This document shows positions 1-9,720 of a stretch of DNA of 60,757 nucleotides, in pieces. The stretch covers positions 1 through 60,757 of the forward strand of contig JBHOSK010000002.1 of NCBI GenBank assembly GCA_042584825.1. The letters run 5' to 3'. Position 1 is the stretch's first letter. Each line of letters starts with the position of its first letter. Under the pieces are notes generated by a model. That model was not told the origin of the DNA, ran no database searches, and worked only from the letters and a program-made list of their open reading frames with translations. This DNA is from Candidatus Aenigmatarchaeota archaeon (GTDB lineage Archaea > Aenigmatarchaeota > Aenigmatarchaeia > GW2011-AR5). The position numbers and the translations under genes were made by a program.

Positions 1-340
1 TTGGTCTTTTTGGGTTTTTTGTTCTTCTTGATTCCCACCTATATAATTCTTTATTTAATATAACTGTGAATCTAATACGTCTTTGATGACCCTGATTAGA
101 TGAAAAACTTTGGCGATAACTACGAAAGTCATCTAAGTCTACTTCTTCTTCAATAGGAGGCAAATAATCTGCGTCTCCCCAATTGTTTAGGTGTGAAACA
201 ATTTTGTTGTAAACTGGGCAATTACCACCTTCTAAGTAATTACCAAAACCCACATTTCTAGCTACATCTAAACATGTTCCCCTATAAGGGCATTCCGTAA
301 TTATCATGAATGTTTTCTGTTGATGATTACCTTGTGGCAT
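1..340 (-). CDS. hypothetical protein, truncated by window edge
   Basis: Minus-strand frame is open from ATG (338-340) to the window start (MPQGNHQQKTFMIITECPYRGTCLD...). It is absent from the ORF track, probably because it is open-ended. No recognisable motif. Confidence 0.3.
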   Translation of the reverse strand, partial: MPQGNHQQKTFMIITECPYRGTCLDVARNVGFGNYLEGGNCPVYNKIVSHLNNWGDADYLPPIEEEVDLDDFRSYRQSFSSNQGHQRRIRFTVILNKELYRWESRRTKNPKRP

Positions 341-408
341 GGCGATTTAATGAGTCAGAAAAGCTTATAAAATAATTATTTTAACTGGTGAGACCCAATT
401 ATAATATA

Positions 409-1827
409 ATGAAAAGTTATATGATTTTTTCAGTGATAGTCCTTCTTTTACTTAGTGGATGTACTCAACAGCAAAATTTCCTTTCTGATTATTCTGCAGA
501 TTCTGATCCTGATTATGCTTTTGAACGATTACAACAGGATTTGGATAGTTTGCTTGCAAATAACATGAAAATTGGTGCTGATCACTATCAGGCATTGGAG
601 GAAGTCTACACATCATTAAAAGAACATGGATTGGATGTGACGGGGCTAAGAGAAAAAATGGATCAGTTGAGTGTGGCTGTTGATACAAGTACAGGTGATA
701 ATGACCAGAATGATCAAACAGGAGATGATGATACGGGAGACGACGATACAGGAGATGATGACACAGATGACAACTATGTTGAATCGTGTACAGATGAACC
801 AATAATGTTTGATAATACCCCAGCTGATATGGATGGTGTTTCTTTTATCATACCAATGGGAAGTGTTCACGGTGATCATGTTTCACCAACTGATCATCAG
901 TACTATACTTCTCAAGAAAATGCAGTTGTTGATGTATATTCTCCTGGAGATGGTACGGTCATTAAAATTTCCCATATGGGAGCATTTCGAGCAGATCGTT
1001 TTATGATGGATGATTATCATGTAATCATTCAACACACTTGTGGCATGTCAAGTGTGTTCATTCATGTAGATGACCTTTCTGAAAAACTTGCAGCAGTTGG
1101 TCCGACAGAAACTGGAGGACATGTATATGTTGATGTGCCAGTAGAAGCTGGTGAGATTATAGGAACTTATAGTGGTGGGCTTGATTATAATGTTGTTGAC
1201 GAGTCAGTTTCAATTAATTTGATTAATCCAGATAGTTATGGATATACGTATAATCATCGATTGCATATAACAGATCCATTTAATTATTTTAATGAACCAG
1301 TAAAAAGCGAACTTATTGAAAAATCACTCAGGAGTGAAGAACCATTGGGTGGTACAATCGATTATGACGTTGATGGTACATTAGCTGGTGTGTGGTTTTT
1401 GAAGGATAGTGGTGGTTGGGAAAGTTTTGCTGATCCAAATTCAAAATATTGGAGTGGCCACCTAGCAATTGTATATCATCATGTTGATACAGAACACATA
1501 GCAATTTCATTTGGAACTTACGATGACCCTGAAAACGAAGGAAAACAATTTGGAGTAAAAGGAAATAGTCCTGATCCAGTCGAGATAAATACAGAAACTG
1601 GAATCGTGAAATATGAATTAGTTGAGTATAATTATTATGTTAATGATCAATTGTGGGATGGAAACACTTTTGTAAAAAATCCTGATGTCAGAAATAGCGA
1701 TATTGTAACTGATGTTGTATTGTTTCAATTAATTGATGATACAACACTTAAAGTAGAATTGTTCATTGGTAAAACAGGTTCTCAGGTTGATGAATTTACT
1801 GACAATGCAGACATTTATGTGAGATAA
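409..1827 (+). CDS. secreted lipoprotein with acidic linker and M23/LytM-like hybrid-barrel region (paralog 1)
   Basis: Signal peptide plus lipobox (LLLLSGC). GDDDT x3 acidic linker. Segment VDVYSPGDGTVIKISH...YHVIIQHTCGMSSVFIHVDDL...VEAGEIIGTYSG resembles the M23 core, but the HxxxD/HxH spacing is not canonical. The C-terminus is shared with the next ORF. The track starts at GTG 388, but ATG 409 is more likely. Confidence 0.55.
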   Translation: MKSYMIFSVIVLLLLSGCTQQQNFLSDYSADSDPDYAFERLQQDLDSLLANNMKIGADHYQALEEVYTSLKEHGLDVTGLREKMDQLSVAVDTSTGDNDQNDQTGDDDTGDDDTGDDDTDDNYVESCTDEPIMFDNTPADMDGVSFIIPMGSVHGDHVSPTDHQYYTSQENAVVDVYSPGDGTVIKISHMGAFRADRFMMDDYHVIIQHTCGMSSVFIHVDDLSEKLAAVGPTETGGHVYVDVPVEAGEIIGTYSGGLDYNVVDESVSINLINPDSYGYTYNHRLHITDPFNYFNEPVKSELIEKSLRSEEPLGGTIDYDVDGTLAGVWFLKDSGGWESFADPNSKYWSGHLAIVYHHVDTEHIAISFGTYDDPENEGKQFGVKGNSPDPVEINTETGIVKYELVEYNYYVNDQLWDGNTFVKNPDVRNSDIVTDVVLFQLIDDTTLKVELFIGKTGSQVDEFTDNADIYVR

Positions 1828-3189
1828 ATGAAAAAAATATTAATTATTTTATTGGCTGTTGTTTTGATTAGTGGATGCACACAACAACAAGATAACTCAG
1901 GATCAATAAGTCAAAATGATGGCACTATACTAAATTGTGAAGAGGGATTTATCCTTACAGATGACTTATTATGCTGTCCGGATGCTGATGTTGATGGTAT
2001 GTGTGATACCCCCCCAGAGAACCAGCCGGAAAATTCACCACGACCACGAGATCATAATCTCGGTTTATGGCCACCTTCAAATTGTCAGGATATTGATGTT
2101 ACATTTACTTATTCCCCGATTCCAATAGAAGAAATCACACGTATTGGTCCTGCCGGGGTTTTAACAGTGCCGATTGCTGGTCATATAATTCCAAATGATC
2201 ACAATGCAATTGGATACTCTGGTGAAGAAGTTGATGTAATAATGCCTGCTGATGGTTTCCTTGTAATGGTGGAACGCCATCGATACGCCCCACCTCCGGG
2301 CGAGCCTCAGGTGAATCACTATCATCTATATTTCGAACATTCTTGTTCGCTCTTCACAGCCCTCCTCCACATATCAGAGCTGGATTCTGCCCTCTTAGAT
2401 GTGAGCGAGGAACTTAGAAATCTGGATACCAAAGAGCTGGAAAGAGACAGTGAAAACATTTGGCCAAGAATTCCCTTAACTGCTGGGCAGAAGATAGGAA
2501 CATCCAGCCAGTGGCAATTCCTGGGATCATTATCGGCAGACATACGAGTGGATAAACACCATTCAAATCCAGAGAGCTATTCAGGTGCGTCATGGAGACT
2601 GCATGCAACAACAATATTTGAATATTATGAAGGAACCCTGAAAGAACAGCTTTATGATAAAATACTACGTACAGCCGAACCCAGAGCTGGGAAGGCTAAT
2701 TACGATATAGATGGAAAACTTGTAGGAGGTTGGTTCCTTGAAGGTACTAATGGCATGGCCGGCCCTGATCCTTATTCTGAACCCAGACAATGCGGAAACA
2801 TCCCGTGTTCATACTGGGCTGGACATTTAGCATTCGTTTATGATTACATGGAGCCAGATTGGATACGGGTGCAGTTCGGATACGAACTGGGATCATCATT
2901 GCTCGGTCCATACGGTATTAAAGGGAACACACCTGATCCGGCAGATGTCTCTCCTGAAACAGGTCTGGTAAAATATGAACTTGTAAATCTCAAGGACGTG
3001 ACAATAGAGCGCGGTGTACAGGATTATATTGTCGGAAGTCCTATTTTTACTGAGAATGAGAATGAGGTTGTCGCAACAGTCCTCCTAGAAATGATAGATG
3101 ATATGACTGTCAAACTTGAGGTCTTTGTTGGTAAAACAACTTCTCAAGTTAGTGAGTTTACCGACAATGTAAATATCTATGTGAGATAA
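1828..3189 (+). CDS. secreted lipoprotein, paralog of preceding gene (M23-like region)
   Basis: Lipobox LISGC. Its start abuts the upstream stop (TAAATG). C-terminus ...VKYELV...VFVGKTTSQVSEFTDNVNIYVR aligns with ...VKYELV...LFIGKTGSQVDEFTDNADIYVR of ORF 409-1827. The central part is visibly GC-richer than its neighbours. Confidence 0.55.
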   Translation: MKKILIILLAVVLISGCTQQQDNSGSISQNDGTILNCEEGFILTDDLLCCPDADVDGMCDTPPENQPENSPRPRDHNLGLWPPSNCQDIDVTFTYSPIPIEEITRIGPAGVLTVPIAGHIIPNDHNAIGYSGEEVDVIMPADGFLVMVERHRYAPPPGEPQVNHYHLYFEHSCSLFTALLHISELDSALLDVSEELRNLDTKELERDSENIWPRIPLTAGQKIGTSSQWQFLGSLSADIRVDKHHSNPESYSGASWRLHATTIFEYYEGTLKEQLYDKILRTAEPRAGKANYDIDGKLVGGWFLEGTNGMAGPDPYSEPRQCGNIPCSYWAGHLAFVYDYMEPDWIRVQFGYELGSSLLGPYGIKGNTPDPADVSPETGLVKYELVNLKDVTIERGVQDYIVGSPIFTENENEVVATVLLEMIDDMTVKLEVFVGKTTSQVSEFTDNVNIYVR

Positions 3190-5331
3190 ATGAAAATAAC
3201 AATATTAATTATTTTACTATGTTCGGTTCTTTTAATTAGTGGTTGTACTGAAAATTATGTCGATTCTAATGGTTCTAATCATAGTGTTGATCGTGGTGTT
3301 GATTATGATCCTGAAGATGTGAATCAGGATCTAACACTTGAAACAGTTGAGGCTGAGATAGGTGCGGCAATAGATAGTGGTCAATTGATAGGTTATGAAC
3401 ATTATGAACGATTAAAACAGGTTTTGGATAAATACAAACAACAAGGGATAGATGTAACAGAACTTAGGGAAAAATTATTGTCGGTCTATCAAGATACAGA
3501 TAGTCATGAACAAGAAGAGCAGAAAGAAAAAAAAGAGGACCAAAAAGGTGTGAGTGTTAAGGGTAAAGGTTATGCCGAACTTGTTGGTGTGAATGATGGT
3601 GTTGCTGCCTGGTTAGCAAAAGATATAGTTATTCAAGTAATAGATGTTTCTGATCCAACCAACCCGTCTCATATTGACATGATAGAAACCATGGGCTTTG
3701 CAAGTACGGTTTATCAGGATGATGAATATATCTATGCAGTTGGATCAGATGGAATGATTATACTCCGAAAAAATGATATGTTTGGTGCTCATGTTTCAAC
3801 ATTTACGTCTTCTGATGGCGGTTTCTGGCCTTCAGATATAACGATAGATGGTAATTATATTTATTTTCTTTCTAATGAATTGATTATAGTAGATATAAGT
3901 GACATTAGCAACCCTTCTCAAATTTCTCGCACAGCATTCACAGGTACTGCACCAACAAAAATAATTATAAAAGATAACTATGCGTTCATTGGGGTACCTT
4001 TAGGTGGATTTGTTGTGATGGATATAACAGATAAAAAAAACCCTAAAGAAATTGCAGTTCATCCATTTGAATCACACGAAATGGGTCTTGAAATAAAAGG
4101 AGATTATGCTTACATAGCCCACGTTTCATCTCTTGAACATGTTGATGATTGGTATGAATTCGGATCTGTTCTAGAGGTGATTGATATTTCAGATCCTGGT
4201 TCCTTGGAGGTTGTAGGAACTCTTACAGTCTCAACTAATTTTAAAGGCCTTGACATTGAAGGTAATTATGCTTTTATTACTGGATCCTATCCACACAGGC
4301 TTACAGTGGTTGATATAACTGATCCGAGTAATCCAAGAGAAATAACTTTTCAGAACCCAATTCAAACAGAGGGTGCGCTTAAAGATATTTCTATACAAAA
4401 TGGATATGCTTATATAATGGATTCGGGTTATGGTCTTAGGATACTTGATATAACAGATCCAACAAAACCGATTCAAGTGGCTGATGTAAATCTTCAGCAA
4501 ATGTTGTCTGACATCTATGTGGAAGATGATAAAGTTTATTTGGTTGCTGAACAAAGATACTTCAATGTTGCAGATGTAAGCGATCCAGAAAATCCGATTC
4601 TTGCTTACACAGAGGCAACCTCATCTAGTGCATATCCTTATACAAGTATTGTTATAGAAGACGATATAGCATTTTCTAATTTATATTATTCCAGTTTCTA
4701 TGATGTAAAGGATCCTTATAATCCTAAACAATTTAATATGGATATTGGTGTGGATGGAATCGCTGTCGGAGATAATTATCTATACACGGTTATTGGTGAG
4801 GTTGGACTTTTCATATATGATATAAATAATCTAGATAACCCAATATTACTTTCAACCACGAGTTTTGCACAAGGTATGTGCAGAGATTTTAGTCTAGATG
4901 GAAATTGGGTAGTATGTGTTGCCAACAAACCTTATTCAATTAATGTAATGGATGTCTCGGTTTTGGAAAATCCTATTGCAAAAGGAACATATGTTTTTGA
5001 TGAATATGTTATGTCAGTAACCGTAAAAGATGGTTATGTCTATGCACCACGAGGAGAGAAAGGTCTTGATATATTTAAAATAGATTCTGATGGTGAACTC
5101 ACTTTCCTTACTAATTATGACACAAATGCTTACAGAGTTGTTGTGGAAGGAAACAGAGCATACGTGTTGGGTGGGCTTGAGGTTCTTGATATTTCTGATC
5201 CAGCTAACCCAGTTAAGATAGATAAAATCAATATCGAAGGAGGCTCAGGTCATGCTAAAATTCAAAATGGTTATATGTATACTGTGGGCGGAGATAGAGG
5301 ATTAACTGTGATAAATTTAGAGGACGTTTAA
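3190..5331 (+). CDS. secreted lipoprotein with LVIVD-repeat beta-propeller
   Basis: Lipobox LISGC. At least 8 LVIVD-type repeats (LIIVDISDISNPSQI, VVMDITDKKNPKEI, LEVIDISDPGSLEVV, LTVVDITDPSNPREI, LRILDITDPTKPIQV, FNVADVSDPENPIL, LEVLDISDPANPVKI). Its start abuts the upstream stop. Confidence 0.75.
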   Translation: MKITILIILLCSVLLISGCTENYVDSNGSNHSVDRGVDYDPEDVNQDLTLETVEAEIGAAIDSGQLIGYEHYERLKQVLDKYKQQGIDVTELREKLLSVYQDTDSHEQEEQKEKKEDQKGVSVKGKGYAELVGVNDGVAAWLAKDIVIQVIDVSDPTNPSHIDMIETMGFASTVYQDDEYIYAVGSDGMIILRKNDMFGAHVSTFTSSDGGFWPSDITIDGNYIYFLSNELIIVDISDISNPSQISRTAFTGTAPTKIIIKDNYAFIGVPLGGFVVMDITDKKNPKEIAVHPFESHEMGLEIKGDYAYIAHVSSLEHVDDWYEFGSVLEVIDISDPGSLEVVGTLTVSTNFKGLDIEGNYAFITGSYPHRLTVVDITDPSNPREITFQNPIQTEGALKDISIQNGYAYIMDSGYGLRILDITDPTKPIQVADVNLQQMLSDIYVEDDKVYLVAEQRYFNVADVSDPENPILAYTEATSSSAYPYTSIVIEDDIAFSNLYYSSFYDVKDPYNPKQFNMDIGVDGIAVGDNYLYTVIGEVGLFIYDINNLDNPILLSTTSFAQGMCRDFSLDGNWVVCVANKPYSINVMDVSVLENPIAKGTYVFDEYVMSVTVKDGYVYAPRGEKGLDIFKIDSDGELTFLTNYDTNAYRVVVEGNRAYVLGGLEVLDISDPANPVKIDKINIEGGSGHAKIQNGYMYTVGGDRGLTVINLEDV

Positions 5332-5332
5332 C

Positions 5333-6742
5333 ATGAAAATAATAATAATTATTTTATTGGTCGTTGTTTTGATTAGTGGTTGTGCTGAACAAGAAAATCA
5401 GGTTGTTCAAACTGGAGAATGTCGTCAAGAAGGAAACTCGTGTTGTAGAGGAGATTATTGCGTTGAAATGACTGATCAATGTGATGAAGAAGGGCTTGTT
5501 ACTAAAATTTTAGGTTGCGATTTTGAAGGATGTGTTCCGGTTGTTTATTGTGATTATGAAAATACAGGAGACCCATTTGATCAAGAGGATAACAATTATC
5601 TGATTGAACTTGATCCTTGTGGAGATTCCGTAGGAAACGGTGATATAATAATTTCAGGTCCAAGTGAACCTAGTGAAAATGATCCTGATAATCCATTCAG
5701 ATCCCTGACAGTTCACCATACAAATCCAGACATTGTTTTTGTTGGTACTGAAAGAAACGGTTTTTTGAAATCAACTGATGGCGGTGAAACATGGGAAAGA
5801 AAAAGAAAAGGACTTTGGCACGATGATACAGATTTGGTAATAGGGCATGATGCATTTTATCCTGAAATATATGATATTGCAATATCAGAAAGTAATCCTG
5901 ACATCATGTATGCGGCAACAGTAGCTGGTCCTGGTCCCTTGGTAAATAAAGAACGTGGTTCATCTGGTGTCTACAAAAGTATCGATGGAGGAAATACCTG
6001 GGAGAGAAAAAGTTGCGGTTTAACAAGCGGATCGGTAACAAGTATTTGGATTTCACCTAGTAATCCTGATATTGCCTTTACATCAGTTTCAGGGGGTTAT
6101 AGTACCGAAGATGGAATACAAGAAGACTATTATGACGGTGGAATATTCAAAACAATAGACGGTGGTGAGAACTGGGTAAGAATTAATGTTGCAGAAAACG
6201 ATAATAAGAATTTTTATATTTCAATAAAATCTGTAAAATCAAATCCTGATACATTATATATAGCAGGAATGGATCATGAAGATGAAATCGATCATATGGG
6301 TCTTGTAAAAAGTACTGATGGCGGATCCACCTGGAATTTAATAGGTTCTGAAATTATTTCTCATTTTGATATTTCTTCAGATGGTAATGTAATATATGGA
6401 GCACGAAACGATTGCATGGGAATGATAAAATCCGTTGACGGTGGAAATTCGTGGTCTGAGCACGAAGGCTCATGTTATGCTGTTGCGGTTTCTCCGACTG
6501 ATTCTGACAGGGTTTTGTACGGAACTACTGAAGGCGTATACCTTTCAACAAACGGTCTTGGTTCAATAGCAAAGGTAATTGATACTAATAATAACATTGG
6601 TGATATTGTGTTTGCCCCATCTGATAATAATATTGTATATGTAATTACATATGGTTATAACCTTTTCAAAAGTACGGATGGCGGAGAAAACTTTGAAAAA
6701 ATAAAAAACCTTCGCAGCGAAGTGTTAGATGTTATTCCATAA
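5333..6742 (+). CDS. secreted lipoprotein with Cys-rich N-domain and BNR/Asp-box beta-propeller
   Basis: Lipobox LISGC. Six Asp-box motifs (STDGGETWE, SIDGGNTWE, TIDGGENW, STDGGSTW, SVDGGNSW, STDGGENF). A Cys-rich stretch follows the signal peptide. Confidence 0.75.
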   Translation: MKIIIIILLVVVLISGCAEQENQVVQTGECRQEGNSCCRGDYCVEMTDQCDEEGLVTKILGCDFEGCVPVVYCDYENTGDPFDQEDNNYLIELDPCGDSVGNGDIIISGPSEPSENDPDNPFRSLTVHHTNPDIVFVGTERNGFLKSTDGGETWERKRKGLWHDDTDLVIGHDAFYPEIYDIAISESNPDIMYAATVAGPGPLVNKERGSSGVYKSIDGGNTWERKSCGLTSGSVTSIWISPSNPDIAFTSVSGGYSTEDGIQEDYYDGGIFKTIDGGENWVRINVAENDNKNFYISIKSVKSNPDTLYIAGMDHEDEIDHMGLVKSTDGGSTWNLIGSEIISHFDISSDGNVIYGARNDCMGMIKSVDGGNSWSEHEGSCYAVAVSPTDSDRVLYGTTEGVYLSTNGLGSIAKVIDTNNNIGDIVFAPSDNNIVYVITYGYNLFKSTDGGENFEKIKNLRSEVLDVIP

Positions 6743-6754
6743 ATAGATATTTTA

Positions 6755-8191
6755 TCACAAATGTAAAAATGAGTCAGATGTATGTGTTTTGTTTTTTTTC
6801 ATCTTAGAGACAATTGCATTGTAATCATCTTCGAAAAAGAATTTGTCTTTGAATACTGGTTTCAAATCACTCATCCATTCAGCTTCTGGATCGAACTTTG
6901 CAAAAAATGGTCGATCAACCCAATCGGGATTTCTACCCTGAAGAAAACGCAATACAAAAACTTTTTGTTTTTTTATGTTCTGTACACCCACGACTTGCAC
7001 TTTTCCTGATTCGCAGGACATTGATGGTCCTCTTACAGTACGGGCAAGCCCACTCACATGTTCATATGCGTTTTTGAATATTTTCCATGCTTTATATAAC
7101 GGAACACCAAAATAATGCTGGGCACCAGTATCTCTTGCAACGAACATGTAATATGGTATACAGCCCAACGATATTTGTTTTTTCCACATTTCTACCCATA
7201 GTTTAGAATCATCGTTAATATGTTTCACCAAGGGTGATTGTGTTCTGATTATTGCTCCTGTTTCACGTACTTTTTCTATTGCAGCTTGTACAGCAGGCGT
7301 ATCGAGTTCTCGTGGATGATTGAAATGAGCCATTATAGCAAGATGTTTTCCTGAATCTATAATATCGGTGAATAATTTCAGAACTTTTTTTGAATCCTTG
7401 TCAGTAAGATATCTATAAGGCCAGTAACTTATTGATCTTGTTCCAATACGAATTGATTTCAGGTTAGGTAATTTAGATTCTAATAACGGACGTATATATG
7501 TTTCAAGAAATTCTACGTTCATAATCATTGGATCGCCACCAGTAAACAGTATATCTGTTATTTTTGGATGTTTTGATATGTACTTAACAAGTTTTTCTGT
7601 TTCTTGTGCCGCGAATTTCAATTTTTCTATACCTACGAATTGTGCCCAACGAAAACAGAACAAACAATATGCATGGCATGTTTGTCCTTGACTTGGAAAG
7701 AACAATGCAGTTTCCTCGTACTTATGTTGCATTCCTTCAAGTGGTTTGCCATCAACTTTAGGTACATTGTATTCCATCTGACCTGCAGGATGAGGATTAA
7801 GCTGAAGACGTATCTTGTCAGCAGTTTCTTTTATTTTTTTAGGATCTGCATTATCTTTTATTAGTTTTTCCATTTGTGTGAAGTGTCTTTTATGAAGCAG
7901 ATCCTTTTGAGGAAAATTAAGTGTAAACAAAGGATCATTAGGAACTTTATCCCAGTTTATTAATTGATTTATTACATAATTGTTTGTCTTAAACGGAAGT
8001 ACGTTTGCAACCACTTCCAGTTCTTTTAATCTTTTTTCAGGTAGTGATTTTAATTGTTTTATTTTTCTAAAATTTGCTAGAGAATATTGTTGATATTTTA
8101 GTGGTTTCACTAGTGCCATATGTTCATTATCGATTAAGTGATATAAATAAGTTCTATTGTATTCGGAGAGATTTGAGATTTTCTGTTTCAT
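6755..8191 (-). CDS. radical SAM protein, KamA (lysine 2,3-aminomutase) family
   Basis: CxxxCxxC cluster motif (CHAYCLFC), followed by FTGGDPMIM and overall KamA-like layout. 478 aa, with N- and C-terminal extensions. Confidence 0.7.
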   Translation of the reverse strand: MKQKISNLSEYNRTYLYHLIDNEHMALVKPLKYQQYSLANFRKIKQLKSLPEKRLKELEVVANVLPFKTNNYVINQLINWDKVPNDPLFTLNFPQKDLLHKRHFTQMEKLIKDNADPKKIKETADKIRLQLNPHPAGQMEYNVPKVDGKPLEGMQHKYEETALFFPSQGQTCHAYCLFCFRWAQFVGIEKLKFAAQETEKLVKYISKHPKITDILFTGGDPMIMNVEFLETYIRPLLESKLPNLKSIRIGTRSISYWPYRYLTDKDSKKVLKLFTDIIDSGKHLAIMAHFNHPRELDTPAVQAAIEKVRETGAIIRTQSPLVKHINDDSKLWVEMWKKQISLGCIPYYMFVARDTGAQHYFGVPLYKAWKIFKNAYEHVSGLARTVRGPSMSCESGKVQVVGVQNIKKQKVFVLRFLQGRNPDWVDRPFFAKFDPEAEWMSDLKPVFKDKFFFEDDYNAIVSKMKKNKTHTSDSFLHL

Positions 8192-8221
8192 TTAAAAGAA
8201 TATCCTTTTGTAGAATATAGT

Positions 8222-8737
8222 ATGAAGAATCGTAATACAGGGTTTTTGATAATAATAATTGCCATTTTGATAGGCTTTATAATATTCTCATTTAACATGG
8301 CCTTAACAGATATTGCAGTTAGTGCATGTTCGCATGGGCCCGAATGTCCAATGTGGGGAACAATAGATTTCCAAACAAACGTCAGTATGGGTGTAATGGT
8401 TTTTGTGATTATGATTGGTCTGTATTTAATCTTCTTTGGAAAAGAGGAAAAAATAATAAGAGAAGTTAGAACAATAAAACAGCAAGTTGAGCCAAAGAGA
8501 ATGACAAAAGGAAATTATAAAAAAATTATGAACAAACTAAATGCTGATGAAAAGGTTACGCTTGATAAAGTCATCGAGTCAGATGGAACAATTTTCCAAA
8601 GCGAGCTTGTTGACAAGACAAAATTAAATAAAGTTAAAATGACACGTATTCTGGATAGACTAGAAGGCATGGGTATAATAGAAAGAAGACGCCGTGGCAT
8701 GACAAATGTGATTGTTTTAAAACACGAAAAACAGTGA
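8222..8737 (+). CDS. membrane-anchored winged-helix (MarR-like) transcriptional regulator
   Basis: Two N-terminal TM helices, then a wHTH-like C-terminus (FQSELVDKTKLNKVKMTRILDRLEGMGIIERRRRG). Resembles the COG2512 architecture. Confidence 0.55.
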   Translation: MKNRNTGFLIIIIAILIGFIIFSFNMALTDIAVSACSHGPECPMWGTIDFQTNVSMGVMVFVIMIGLYLIFFGKEEKIIREVRTIKQQVEPKRMTKGNYKKIMNKLNADEKVTLDKVIESDGTIFQSELVDKTKLNKVKMTRILDRLEGMGIIERRRRGMTNVIVLKHEKQ

Positions 8738-8773
8738 AACTAGTTTCAAACAATTGTTAATATACTGTTTCAG
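8735..8773. promoter_or_regulatory. candidate operator: TGAAAC/GTTTCA half-sites around a TATA-like box
   Basis: Perfect palindrome GAAACTAGTTTC (8736-8747), adjacent palindrome AACAATTGTT, and a third GTTTCA half-site at 8767-8772. TTAATATAC lies about 25 nt upstream of ATG 8788. Confidence 0.3.
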
Positions 8774-8787
8774 TCTTAGAATGATGC

Positions 8788-9714
8788 ATGAGTAAGCGTC
8801 ATGATATTGATATAAAAGGCATGTCATGCAAAAACTGTTCAGATAAAATTGAGGCAAAGATAAATGAGTTAGGTGGCGTTGATAATATAAAAGTAGACCT
8901 GATAAAAAACAATGCCTCTGTATCTTATGATCCAAAGAAGATTAGTCTGAGCAAAATTAAATCAGAGATAATGTCCTTGGGGTATTCATGTGATGGAACA
9001 AGTGATAGTAGAAACACGACCATTTTACAGGGAGTGGGATATGCACTGGTTCCGCATATAGGTTGTATAGCTTTTATAGTCGGTTCCGTACTTGGTGTTA
9101 CTGTACTCATGGAATTTTTTAAGCCAATATTAATGAACAGATATTTTTTCCATGCTCTTATAGCGTTGTCATTGGGATTTGCAACACTATCGTCTGTTAT
9201 TTACTTACGAAAAAACGGATTATTATCATTAGCTGGAACAAAGAGAAAATGGCAATATCTATCCACTATGTATGGTTCAACAATAGGGATAAACCTTGTA
9301 TTATTCATGTTGATATTCCCTCTTCTTGCTAATGTATCTGCAGCAGGAATAACTGGAGCAGTTGTGGGAATCGGTGACTTAGCTGATAGTAGTTTAATTA
9401 AATTGTCTGTAGACATACCATGCCCTGGTCATGCACCTCTTATATCAGAGGAGCTGAAAAGTATAGAAGGCGTGCAAAACATACAATTCTCTTTTCCAAA
9501 CGTGTTCGATGTTATATACGATTCTACAGAGACGTCGAAGGGTGAGATGTTGTCTTTGGATGTGTTTGATGAATATCCAGCAACTGTTCTGGAGGAGAAA
9601 TCTAATGAGGAAGATTTATTAAAAGTTAATGAGCAACCAACCACCTCTGGTGGAAGTTGTTGTGGAGGTCCTGATTGTTCAGGACCTAGCGGTGGCTGTG
9701 GTTGTGGAGGATAG
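8788..9714 (+). CDS. heavy-metal-associated (HMA) domain / polytopic membrane fusion protein with Cys-Gly-rich tail
   Basis: N-terminal HMA motif GMSCKNC. About 4 TM helices. A second ferredoxin-like module (DIPCPGHAPLISEELKSIEGV). C-terminal tail SGGSCCGGPDCSGPSGGCGCGG. Confidence 0.6.
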   Translation: MSKRHDIDIKGMSCKNCSDKIEAKINELGGVDNIKVDLIKNNASVSYDPKKISLSKIKSEIMSLGYSCDGTSDSRNTTILQGVGYALVPHIGCIAFIVGSVLGVTVLMEFFKPILMNRYFFHALIALSLGFATLSSVIYLRKNGLLSLAGTKRKWQYLSTMYGSTIGINLVLFMLIFPLLANVSAAGITGAVVGIGDLADSSLIKLSVDIPCPGHAPLISEELKSIEGVQNIQFSFPNVFDVIYDSTETSKGEMLSLDVFDEYPATVLEEKSNEEDLLKVNEQPTTSGGSCCGGPDCSGPSGGCGCGG

Positions 9715-9720
9715 TAGGTG

